This document shows positions 22,761-34,084 of a DNA stretch of 62,000 nucleotides, piece after piece; position 1 is the first letter of the stretch; every line of letters begins with the position of its first letter. The notes beneath the pieces are model-generated. The model saw only the letters and a program-made list of their open reading frames with translations, was not told the DNA's origin and made no database searches. The position numbers were made by a program, and so were the translations under genes. Source of the DNA: Lama guanicoe (taxonomy: Eukaryota); contig MU053376.1 in the NCBI GenBank assembly GCA_013239625.1, positions 1,846,507 to 1,908,506 of the forward strand. The letters are read 5' to 3'.

Positions 22761-24911
22761 TAAATTACTTTTGTCAACCGTCAACCTCCTCCTCGGGGAC
22801 TCCAGCCTGCTTTTCTGATCATAGCCAGTGTGAGGTTCTTGCTGTGAATCAACAGATCAGCAGTCAACCACTGTGGAGTTCTGCCTCACTCTGGTAAGGA
22901 TTCAGTTCTGAGAATCTTGTGCTCAACCCCCTGGTACTAACACTTCAATCACCCTGAATTTTGCTAGCTTTGTGCATGCAGTGTCTTGGACCGCCAAGCT
23001 CTTCTCAGTGGGGCCAGCATCCAAGGCTAGAAGAGTTACCCCAGCCCATGCCTGTTAACCTATAAGCAAGATTCTATCTAGGCTCAGCTTAAATTCTGTC
23101 CTTCTGGGCCCTGTATTCCACCAGTTCCCAGCATCCCATTCATCTGAAACTCTCCCTTTCCTCATCAAAATCTTACCTGATTTTTAAAGATTTACTGCTG
23201 CTTCCTGGGTGCTGAAGAACCAGCTCAGGTGTTCCTGTGTCAGTTTGAGACCCTATAGGTCTGTCTCATTAGGTGAGTAGCAACCCATCTAGGATTAGGC
23301 AGGGTGCAGTGAGGGGTTAGAGTGTGCTGTAGGCACAGCATGTACCTGGCTGACTTATTCTCAACTTCTTCTTTCCTCTTGTAATCTATGCGTTTCGGCA
23401 CCTTCAGAATGATGTCTGGTAGGTTATCCTGTTGATTTTCTGCCAGGGAGTGGGATGCTCTGGCTCTGTACCATTGACAAAGGGATTTAAGGATAGGTAA
23501 TGGCTGTGGTTTTGTTAAATGGACTAATATGAGGAAATGGCCTTGTAAGGAGGCTTGGCAGGAGGGCCCATTGGAATAACTGGTTCTTGGCTCCCATATT
23601 GGCAGATGATTGACAGGAATTTTGAATGGCCCCAAATCTGACAGATCACTTGTACTTAACTTCAGAGGAAAGTCAGTTACTTATCTTTGGCATCCTTGTC
23701 TTGAATGCAGTTTTGTGGATCTCTAGAGGTTCTGTGTACAAGATTTGATCATTGAGTTCTTTTAGTTTAGCTTGTTTGGCTTCCTAACATGAGGACAATA
23801 AATGTGGAAGAGAAGCAGACATTAGGATCGAAAAACCCAGGAGCCTTGTTCCCCCAGCCCTTACTTGGGTTCTGTAACTGGACCCATAGGTGAGTCGTGA
23901 GGAGCCAGGCTCGAAATGAAGTCACCCCAGATGTAGCTCTGCTTTGTGCTTGCTCCAGTCCTCAGTCAGATTTACTCCCAGCAACGCAGAGCAGCCTGTG
24001 GAGTGGTCATTCAGGACTGCGCTAACTTGCAATTCATTGTATCAAATGGGAGACTCGGTAATTTATAGCCTATCATTTCTGGAGTCTGGAGATAGCTCGG
24101 CATAAGCTTTGCTAAAGCAGATTCTGTTACATTAGAAGAGAACCTAGCTGGCTGCGCCCAAGACCCGGAGCTTTCAGATGCTAAGTAAGGAGGCCATGGG
24201 ACGGAAGAGAATGACTCTGGAACTCAATCCCTGCCTGAGAAAGAGAGTAATAACATTCTGGGTTGGCCCCTTTTCATTTCCCTTTGATTTTGAGTAATAA
24301 ACTCCCTCCCTGCTTCCCAGCTGAACGATTTTGGAGTCTGTATTCCCTAGAAAGACTCTGTTCTCGCACCCATCAGACTGAATTAGGTAAAAACTCCTTG
24401 GCCTTAATGCATGTTGAAGGATTTCAAAGGGCTAATGGAAATTCTTCTAGAAGTAACAATTTCCATTCTGTTGGTAAGACAGGTCTGCAGAAATTCCCCA
24501 AACATCTTGCGTTACTTTGTAAAACCAAACAGCCGGCTTTGGGTTTTCTTTGTGGACATTTGTAGTTCATGGAGACTCCCTGAGTTGCACTTTAGCCCAG
24601 GTGTTACGTCTCCTTTCCTAACCCTTTACCAGAGCTGCTCACAGGAACCAGCCCAGATAGATTTGCTTTACTTCTCTCTCAGCCTCCTCCTACCATTCTT
24701 TTAGCAAATGGTGGGTGACTGCCTGCCAGGTAGAATCTGGGTGACAAAATCCCAAACTAGATTCAGAATTGTAAGCATAGCCCCCCACCCAGGTAACTTA
24801 CAAAGAAATAGAAGGAAGAGCCTTGTACAAAATCTTGCTTCATTGGCTTTAAATTTGGTATTTATTGAGTTATCACAGTCTAATTTAGCCTTGTGCTAGG
24901 GTGCCCCCTTT

Positions 24912-25243
24912 GATTGATTGAGTTCATTCTACATTTAGGGCGCCCCTGCAGAGTTCCTTGCACTATGCTGGGCCCCTGAAATAAAAAGATGAACAAGACA
25001 TGGTCCTTGTCACCTGGAACTCACAGTCTAACAGGGGGAGAGCATCAGAAGGTGTGACAAGAGCTATCATAGTCTTGCCACCTCATTTACATTTGTATCT
25101 CAAACCAGTGGGGAACCATGGAATTACTTCAAGCAGAGGAGTGACATGATTCAGTTTGTATTTTAGAAAGATCACTGGTGACTGGTGGCAGTGAGGATAC
25201 CAGTGATTCAGAGGGGGTGAGGCTGGAAGCAATAACAGTTCAG
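24912..25243 (-). mobile_element. L2 fragment
   Basis: aaagatgaacaagacatggtccttgtcacctggaactcacagtctaa...gagtgacatgattcagtttgtattttagaaagatcactgg. Confidence 0.8.
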
Positions 25244-25768
25244 GCAACAGATGTTTACTGAGCCCCTGTTTAGTGGTGGGCATAGTTCTGGGTGCTGGGA
25301 ACCTAGGGGTGAACAGATCACAGTCCCTGCCCTCAGGGAGACTACCTTCTAGTGGTGTTTGTGAGGTCGGGTAGACAGACAGCATATATGCAACAAAGGA
25401 TATTATTTTGATGGTGATGAGTAATCTGAAGAAAAGAAATAGAGCCGAGGGAATTAGAATGGGCATCGGGGTGGATGCTGACCTGTTGGGGTGCTTAGCG
25501 AGGGCTTCTCTGAGGAGGCGACATTTGAGCAGAGGCAGCCACAGGAAGATGTGGGGAAGAGTGGTCCTGATGGGAAGAAAAGCAAGGGCAGGGACCCTGA
25601 GATGGGAGAGTATTGACACAGTGTTCGGTTGCCTTCAAGAAGATCTGAGCGGCTGGAGCCTAGAAGGAAAGGCAAGGGGTACTGAGATGTGGTTGGAGGG
25701 TCTCGTGGGCCATGGGAAGGCATTCGGATGAATTCCAATGGAGTGAGAAGCACTGCAGTTAATTAAAT
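25244..25768 (-). mobile_element. L2a 3' portion, continues after the MER58A insertion
   Basis: caacagatgtttactgagcccctg...cacagtccctgccctcaggga...ggcttctctgaggaggcgacatttgagcag. Confidence 0.82.
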
Positions 25769-25990
25769 CAGAGACTGGCAAACTATGGCCCATGGGTCAA
25801 ATCTGGCCTGCTGCCTGTTTTTATAAATAAAGCATATTGGAACACAATCACGCCTATTGGTTTATGAATTGCCTATGGCTGTTTTTGCATTACAAGAGCA
25901 GAGCTGAGTAGTTGTGACAGAGAACAGATGGCCCAGAAACCTTCACTATGTACTAGCTGGCCCTTTACAGAAAAAGTTTGCTGATCTCTA
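25769..25990 (+). mobile_element. MER58A (hAT-Charlie MITE), full length
   Basis: cagagactggcaaactatggcccatgggtcaaatctggcc...ctggccctttacagaaaaagtttgctgatctcta with terminal inverted repeats. 8-bp hAT-type TSD aattaaat (25761-25768) / cattaaat (25991-25998), 7 of 8 matching. Confidence 0.9.
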
Positions 25991-25998
25991 CATTAAAT

Positions 25999-26590
25999 GA
26001 TCTATTTAAGTTTTGAGAAGACCCTGTGGGTGTTATGTAGAGAATGAATGGTAGGAGAAGGAGTCTATCTGAATAGTTCAGATAAGAAATACCTAGATGT
26101 TGAGCATTGGAAGGTGGGGGTCATTCTGCTTTTATTCTGTTTAAAAGCACCTAGCTCCTACCTATCCTTGTTAAATATTGTTGGATATGTGATGAGATAC
26201 TGCTGATGGCAATGACCATGACCATAAAGAGGAAGCAAGGCTTTGAGAGATATTTAGGAGGTAAAAAATCCATAGTTTCTTGTTGACTAGGTGCATAGAA
26301 GTAGGGGCAAGGCAGACCGGGTGAAAGACGCCCTTTAGCTTTCTGGTTTGGGTTTCTTGTGTGTGGCAATGCTGTTAACGAGGCAGGGGCAGTGGAGCTA
26401 GAAAGAGCATGTGTTGCCAGGGAGAAGCCCATGGGACACTGGGACATCTAGGCAGAGATGTCTAAAAGATGGCCGAAAGACAGGTCTGGAACTCAGTGAC
26501 ATGGGGCTGGGCTGGTGGTGACAGGAATTTTAAAGTCATCCACTAAAGCAGGCTCTCCCAAGAAGAGGCAGGGCTAGAGTCCAAGTGGCA
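25999..26590 (-). mobile_element. L2 body, continuation
   Basis: gagagatatttaggaggtaaaaaatcc...gggacatctaggcagagatgtct...aggtctggaactcag. Confidence 0.7.
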
Positions 26591-27388
26591 TTTATTTCCT
26601 AGACAGACTTGGATCCAGGGAAGAAGCAAAGCTACACTAGCTGGATGGTTTGCATCCATTAGTCTGATGGTCTTGTGACTATAGAATATTTTTTCTGTGG
26701 AGACCTGCCTTCCTCACTCTCCTGGATGCCAGCCTCCTTCTCTTAAGTGGGGTGACTAGGGCAGCTTTAGGGGTCCTTCCTTGCCAGACTCCCTCCTAAC
26801 ACTGCAACATCTGTGGCCTTTGAACTCTGCAGTTGATTCATGCCTGTGTTTATCTCATTGAGGATACAGACAGCTAGGAAGGTCTTCGTTGTCCAAGGAG
26901 TTTTGTTAAAGCAAGAGCTTTTTGCCATCAGGGTTAGACAATGGGCTTCATTTTGGTGCCAATCCTCTTAACCCACAAAGCTCGAGAAGCCCCTGACATG
27001 CCCCTCTCCTCCTCCAGTCTTTCTTCTTGTCTAGGGAAGGGAAACCACAGAAGCAATTTATAAAAATGCACTTGTATGGAAAGGGGCCTTAAGACTGTTG
27101 TAATCCTAGATTTGGATGTAAATCTCCCCTCTTCACAAAAGTCCATTATGAATACCCAACAATAAAATCAAAATTGGAAAGGGAGAAGGGGAGGGCCACT
27201 CTCTACCTAGTTCTCCCCCTGCGCCCACTTTTAGCCTAGTGTCACATTTCTGCTGTTCGCACATTTATAGAAGGTTGAGTTAACCAGTTTAATGTTCAGA
27301 TTTTATGGGCCCTTGTGTTTTATCAGTTTCTCCTTTCCTAAGGATACCATCATGTAATAGTCTTGTTACTCCTCTCACCTAAATTCTT

Positions 27389-27910
27389 TTTTTTTTAAAT
27401 TGAAGTATAGTCAGTTACAATGTGTCAATTTCTGGTGTATAGCATAATTTCCCAGTCATACATATACATACATGTATTCATTTTCATAGTCTTTTTCATT
27501 AAAGGTTGTTACAAGATATTGAATATAGTTCCCTGGCTATACAGAAGAAAAAATTTTTAAATTTTTATATACAGTAGTTAATATTTGCAAATCTTGAACT
27601 CCCAAATTTATCCCTTACCACCCCCTTTCCCCCCAGGTAGCCATAAGATTGTTTACTATGTCTGTGAGTCTCTTTCTGTTTTGAAGATAAGTTCATTAGT
27701 GTCTTCTTTTTTTTCTTTTATTAGATTTCACATATAAGTGATATCATATGGTATTTTTCTTTCTCTTCCTGGCTTATTTCACTTAGAATGATGATCTCCA
27801 AGTCCATCCATGTTGCTGCAAATGGCATTATTCTATTCTTTTTTATGGCTGAGTAGTATTCCATTGTATACATGCACCACAACTTCTTTATCTAGTCTTC
27901 TGTTGATAGA
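27389..27910 (-). mobile_element. Young L1 3' end (camelid-type)
   Basis: Poly-T then attgaagtatagtcagttacaatg...catccatgttgctgcaaatggcatt. 14-bp TSD TCACCTAA(A/G)TTCTT at 27375-27388 and 27911-27924. Confidence 0.93.
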
Positions 27911-28069
27911 TCACCTAAGTTCTTACTGTTCTGAGGTTAATGACTTCCAGCAGGCTGAGGTAAGAAGTCTGAAGCTGGGTTACTTGGTCCCCAAAGTGGA
28001 GGAAATAGTCTCTTATCCCACTACTAAATGAGGTAGGTAGTGAAGGTAAATTAAAAACTTGGAAAATTA

Positions 28070-28480
28070 TTTTAAAATGTGTATGTTGAGAAGAATTACT
28101 TCCATCTCAGCTCTAGTCCACCTAGCAGACTCCCTGCCCTGTATTATATGCCACTTGGTAGTTTCTTACATATCTGTCTAGTATTTCTTTATGTAAATAC
28201 AAGCAAATATGAATATTTATTCTTATTTCCCCCCTACTCTTTTATACAAAAGGCAACATATTATATAATCTGTTCTGTAACTTGCTTTCTGTCCTTAACA
28301 GTGTATCTTGGGGATCTTTTCACATTAATATAGAGAGAGCTTCCTCATTCTTTTATCAGAGCTGTATAGTATTCCACTGTGTGGATGGCTGCGTCCTAGT
28401 TGACTGAATCAGTCCTTTATACATGGACACTTGCATTGTTTCCAGTATTTGCTGTTACAAGCAATGCCTCAGTGAACAAA
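28070..28480 (-). mobile_element. L1ME-like 3' region
   Basis: gagcttcctcattcttt...gctgtatagtattccactgtgtggatg...tggacacttgcattgtttccagtatttgctgttacaagcaatgc. Confidence 0.8.
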
Positions 28481-29839
28481 GGCAGCTTTTTAAAGGGTTG
28501 CACAGCACTGCATGTGCTACTTAAAATGAGATTCTTCTTCATCTTTAGAATACTAGTTGGTTTTATTGGTTGATAAATTCCCCATTCCTGGTATTCATGA
28601 GTGAAAGATTGATGATAGGACCGACATCCCTTCTTAATTCAGGACTCATCAGTATGAATGCCCCATGGAGGCATGCTGCTCTATCTCAGGTTTATTTTAA
28701 TAATAAAACCTTTGGCAGTTTTAATAATGAAACCTCCTTAAGGCCCTTGGCTCAAGAAGTCTGAATCACTGATCACTGCAATTACTGCCACAGAGCTGTA
28801 GAGCAATTTAACAGGATAATAGTGAACGAGATAAATTACACTTCAGATTGTTAATGGATTGATATGCAGAAGTATGCAAGGGAAGATGGGGGTGGGGGAG
28901 GAGTGCCTTTTGGATTTCAGCACATAGTTTTACAAAATAGGGAATGGGGCCACTGTAGCCATTCCTACTTGGGATGAGTCATTCTGTACCAGCCTCTGGG
29001 GCTCTGGTGGGTAGAGCGTCCTGTTTATTATAGACAACAAATAGAGTTAATTCTCTTGTTTGTGTGCCTCTGTAGAGTGGGTGGAGATTCTAGGTGACTT
29101 GCTAATTGTCCTATTTAGAATATTCCCCTTTCTCCTAAAGAATTCCTATCTTTGGTGTGAAAATCAGGAGGCAGGCAGACCCATTTTACAAATAGCTGCT
29201 GGCCCCGGGAATAACAGTTTCTGCCAGGTGAGTGGTTTGAAAAAAGGCAGACTGGAAAAATGTCTGTGGGATGGTAAGTGTTCCACTCTTATTTACAAGG
29301 CTAACATAGTCTGCCTGTGTGTTGGGCAGGGGGAGGGGATGGATCAGTTAAGAAGTAAGCACAGTGCTTGCTTTGTGTGTCCTCAGTTTGTGTTTAGGGG
29401 AGAATTGTGGGCGTGTGGGCACAGGGGGAAGAGGGGTTTTCAGAGGAACCAAAGGAAGCCAATCCAGGAGACTTGGCTACAGTTCCACCCTTCGGGACAT
29501 CCCTTGGCACCTGGTCACATGGTAGATGCCTTAACGTCTGCGGGATATTGATCTTGTATCTTCATTCTCAGTGCAAAACACTTAATACACATTATCTGGT
29601 TCATCCCCACCAAAGCCCTTGAAGCAGAAGAATGAAGTCTGTTTTTTCTCGATGTCTCATCAGCATTAACACACCATAAAGCACCATTGGATTTGGAGTC
29701 GTGTTGTGTTAATATTAAAGCAAACTAAACTGCCTTGGAATGTAGAAAGTCCTTTTGGGAGAAAGCAGGGGGAGACTGAGTGAACAAGACAGGTGAAGGT
29801 GCTCCTCTGAGCTGGGGAAGGCTGTGCTCGGGGAGGGCG

Positions 29840-30020
29840 CTCAGAGAAAGTATGGTCGGAGAATTTTGTGTTCAAATCCTAATCTGCCCTTTGGCCAAAT
29901 TATATAACCTTTGATTTATAATCATTTTTCTATGTAAAATAAGGAGAATGATATCTACTGTACAGGGTTTTTTTTTTTTAAAAAGAAGATTAAATGAGAT
30001 AATAGATGCAAGTAGGCTCT
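29840..30020 (+). mobile_element. MIR
   Basis: gtgttcaaatcctaatctgcc...tctatgtaaaataaggagaatgatatctac...gaagattaaatgagataatagatg. Confidence 0.75.
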
Positions 30021-30196
30021 AATAGGTGGGGGCTGCTACTGTTATTAGCAGAGAATCTTCTAAAGGGGCTCCTTGATAGACTTGGAGAGAAGGAAGGTGC
30101 TTTCTCTTGCGTGAGGAGACTGGTACTTCTGGCAGTAAATCAGGAGGGCTGCCTTTAAGATTGGGAAACATATTGACAGTTTGGAGGAAGGTGTTA

Positions 30197-30210
30197 GTAA
30201 CCATGGCAAC
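30197..30210. promoter_or_regulatory. RFX X-box motif
   Basis: GTAACCATGGCAAC matches the X-box consensus GTNRCCATGGYAAC, in unique sequence. Confidence 0.5.
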
Positions 30211-30939
30211 TTGGGAATTCATTTGGAAGGGAGAGTTGTGACTGGAGGTTATCTCACTGTAAGAGTCTGACTGGTGGAGATAAAAAAAAAAAAAGACCCG
30301 TCTAGCAGGAATGAAATCACACTCTATATCTGCAGGAAATACCAAGAGACAGGCTCTAGAGAAAGTTCTGTACGTGGGTCAGAATGCAGTGCAGTCCTTC
30401 CATGGTAATGGGGGGAGGGTATGTCTGTATGCGCCTAAATGCTGCTGCCAGTTCACTGCTTTTGTTCACAGGTATTACTTGTGTAAAAAAAAAAAAAACT
30501 GAAAATGGGATTTCAGTGAGTTTTTTTTTTTTGTCATCTAAAACCATGACATCAAACTGTCACATCTTTTCTTGCAATTGGTTATCAGTCCCCAAGAAGG
30601 TTCCAGTTACAAAGAGCATGAGCACTGGGTACCTCCTAATCATTTAGTTTGTTCCTGAGGTAAATGACATGATGAATGCAGGTATTTCCTCTTGATGGGG
30701 CAATTAAGATACATTTTCTTTTTATAAAGGCTGTTCTGGTAATATCACTCCATAACTGATTTTGAAAAGCTTTTTTTTTCTTCTTTGATATGATGTATAT
30801 AATATCTGTTGTTAGTTTGATTCTTTAGTACATCTGCTGTTATCTATTACCTTCTTCTAATTGCAACCTTGTCCAGACGTGGAGGAAGAGACCAAATGAA
30901 CCCCCTTACAACAGCATGACTCTAGATTTGCTCTTTAAC

Positions 30940-31295
30940 TCTCTATAGGCTTCCAGCACTCATATCTATTTCTCATCTTCCCTTTGGAGTTAAGTGTGGC
31001 GTAGTGACTTGCTTTGGCCAGCAAAATGTGGCCATACATGGCATTTCTGGGCAGAAGCAATTGTCAGTATGAGACGAAGCAGTGTTCTCTTTTCCTGCTT
31101 TGGTGATATGAAAATTTGTGACCAATCAGAGCTGCTGTCAGTCTGGGTCCTTGAACAAGAATGATGGACATAGTCTCTCCCCTTTTAACTCATATTGGAC
31201 ACACAAAATAAGCAAGAAAAGAACTTTTGCTGTGTTAAGCCACTGAGATTTGGGGGATGTTTATTATACAGCAGAACCCAGCACATCCTCACTGC
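30940..31295 (+). mobile_element. MaLR solo LTR (MLT1I/J-like)
   Basis: ggagttaagtgtggcgtagtgacttgctttggccagcaaaatgtgg...ttgctgtgttaagccactgagatttgggggatgtttattatacagcagaac. Confidence 0.85.
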
Positions 31296-31299
31296 TTCA

Positions 31300-31515
31300 G
31301 GATTCACTTAATGCATATTTTTTGACTATTTGCTGCAGGCTGGACACTGTTAGGTTGCAATATAACAGTGAACAAAACAAACAAAACCCCTTCCCTCATG
31401 GAGCTTATTTTCTAAAAGGGAAACAGACAATAAACAAGTAAACAAATGAATAAAGATAATTACAAATTGAGGTAAGTGCTGTGAAAGAAAACAAACAAAA
31501 TCATGTGATAGACAA
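31300..31515 (-). mobile_element. L2 3' end
   Basis: acagtgaacaaaac...ccctcatggagcttattttcta...acagacaataaacaagtaaacaaatgaataaagataatt. Confidence 0.82.
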
Positions 31516-33664
31516 GTATCCAAAGAGTAAAGATGTCATGAAAAGGAAATAGGAATTCCCCCAGAACCTGTGCTGTTGTTCTTTAATAGTTCCTGATATT
31601 CTTAAGACTCTGGGTGTTTCCAGAGGGGTTTTATTTGCCTTGGAAGAGATAACACTAAAAGAGGGAAATGTGTTGTATTACTTGGTAGCATTGTGACAAA
31701 ATTAAGTAGCTAGTATATTCCAAAATAAAATGACAGCCAAAAATGATACCAGTTTGCTTTTCATCTTTGATAACTCATTAGTATCCCACTGGGTTTGCTG
31801 GGAAATGAATTCTGAGTTTTATTTATGTATTGTGTTAAGTCCCTCATGGAGAGTACCCAACGCCAGCAGACTGTCCTGCCACCATCTGGTTGCTTGGTGG
31901 ACACTGGTCAGTTTAGTAGTGTTAACCTGGCTGTTACCTGGAGGAGAAGTAGAACAGAAATGGTTGCTTCATCCTTGTATCTTACCTAATACGATTTTGG
32001 AAGAAAATAGGGTGATGAAATATTCCCTTAAAATTTCCATAAGTGTCCCCAGTGAAAGTTTGAGACTGGTTATGCTTTTTCTGAAAGAAGCATAGGGATA
32101 GAGCTCAGGTCTGGTTGTTGAGGGACAGTGATTCCGTTGCCAGCTGGCAGTGATTTATTTTGTGTGACTGTAAGACCGGAAGAGATCTCTTTGGTACAGG
32201 AGTGGGCAACATCTGTTCCACTCTGATGGGAAGAAGTGAGAAAAGTGGTACCTGGGAGTTGTAATGGGGGACGAGAGCTTTATCTGTTTTTCCTTTTTTC
32301 CTTTCCTTTGGGGCAAACCAGAGCAATCAGAATGGAGGAAGGTCAAGAGAGGAGGCATATTTAAATGAAAGTTAAAAGGAGAACTGACTCATTAAAAGAC
32401 TTTGGGTATTAGTAGAGTATGGACTGCTGAATTCTATGAGCAAATTCAGAAAACTGCTTTTGCAGCTTCAGTGAAATGGAATCCAGAGGGTTGTGCATGA
32501 TGTTTGCCCCTCATCAGTCAAACTAGTCTTATGATCATCCTCGGAAGTAGACTGAGAATCTCTAAGCTGGAGCCCAGACATTTTTTTTTTCCATCTTGAA
32601 TATTTCAGTCATCTTGTGTTGGCACGTGCTTGGAAAACCCCATCTGGGTGAAACTTCAGGGAAGTAGGAAAACTGGATAAAAGTTAAGAACTACCCCACA
32701 TCCTTGCAAATATATGGGTATGTTGATATAGTGTAAATTTCTGTGCCAGGACACATGCCAACAATTTAATGATGTATATAGCAAAGTCCCTTGTTAGCCC
32801 CATTCAGAAACCCTAAAATGATTTGCAAGACTGAAGTATTGAAGCCTAAGGCCAAAAACAATGATCATGTTACCTAGGGTCTCATGAATAATTCAACTGA
32901 GTTTAATGCTTTTTCCATGGTGAAAATAAAGCTGAAATATTTGGCATAATGTAGGCAAATTATACCCCATTTTGGCGGGTGGGGGAGTTGGTCATGAGGA
33001 ATGTGAGGAAGGGTGGGGAAAAATAAGGAATCTTTTCATATTTCTTTTAACCAAATATATGGAATCTCTCAACAGTCCACCTCTCAGGAAGTAAATATGT
33101 CAAAATTCAAGTTGGGAGTTTAAAGGTGTTTTTTTTTGAATGTTCATTGATAGCTGAAGTTTTGGGTTGGGCTTGACAAGTACTCTGAAAATTGCTCCTA
33201 AAATCATAGAAGAGTGATCAGAGAAATACCCAAAGAGAAGGAATGTCTGATAATCTTGGTGATATGCAAGCCAAGGAGTGTTGGTCTGTGTCAAGAAAAT
33301 AATAATAAAATAGTAGTCCTTGGGCATGAACAAAAAGAGCTTATGGATGTTTTTGAAAGTTGTGTGCAAATTGGATTACTGTAAATCGAATCATAACCTA
33401 AAGGTATTAGGAAACCATTATAACAAGACCTGCTGGAAGGTTAGAATAATTTTTCTTAAAGTGAACATGTTTCCTTCTCTCCAACTTAATTTTTAAATCT
33501 AGGAATTAGTATCTTGCTTTAATTTAAATCGAGACCTTTGCTATCTAGGGGATAAAGCTCTGGATATTCTGTATCTTCAGACTCCAGTTCTTATCTCCTA
33601 AATAACTGAATTCTCCTATTCTTTTTTCTACTTTTCTCCTAATAATAAGAAGAAGACAAGTGAA

Positions 33665-33780
33665 TTAATAGAATCTAAGAACGTGTGAGCTGGAAGGAAC
33701 TTAGAGGTCATCTAGTAATAGTCACTCATTTGACAGCAAATGAGATCTAGAGAGGTTATGTGACTTGTTCCTAGTCTCCC
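33665..33780 (-). mobile_element. MIR3/MIRc-like fragment
   Basis: gagctggaaggaacttagaggtcatctagt...gagaggttatgtgacttgttc. Confidence 0.65.
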
Positions 33781-33889
33781 AATACAAAAGAAAAGATGAC
33801 ATTGTAGATAGGGCAAAAAGAACCCAAAGAAAAAAATTCTTATATATTAAAAAATATATATGGAAAGGGAAATAGACCTGGCTGGCATG

Positions 33890-34080
33890 GCCCATTTCTT
33901 TCATGTACCATCCTTTTTATTGCTTGAAATATGATGTGATGCCTGGAAATTCAGTTGCCATTTTGTGATACAAAGCGCTATACTAATTCACTGAAGAATA
34001 ACAAATGGAGCTCTGAATCCCTGATTACATCATTAAGGTGCTTCACCAGCGATTCACTTCCTGTCTCCAGGCTTCTTCAC
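33890..34080 (+). mobile_element. MaLR LTR fragment (MLT1J/K-like)
   Basis: gatgtgatgcctggaaattcagttgccattttgtga...tccctgattacatcattaag...ctccaggcttctt. Confidence 0.6.
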
Positions 34081-34084
34081 TACA

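Noticed and set aside
23240..23635. 131-aa minus-strand ORF with a charged, protein-like middle
   Set aside because: No family motif recognised and no adjacent colinear ORF fragments. A tBLASTn search would be needed to revive it.
25083..25619. Longest ORF (178 aa, minus strand)
   Set aside because: It lies wholly within two L2 fragments; NHVTPLLEVIPWFP is decayed L2 ORF2.
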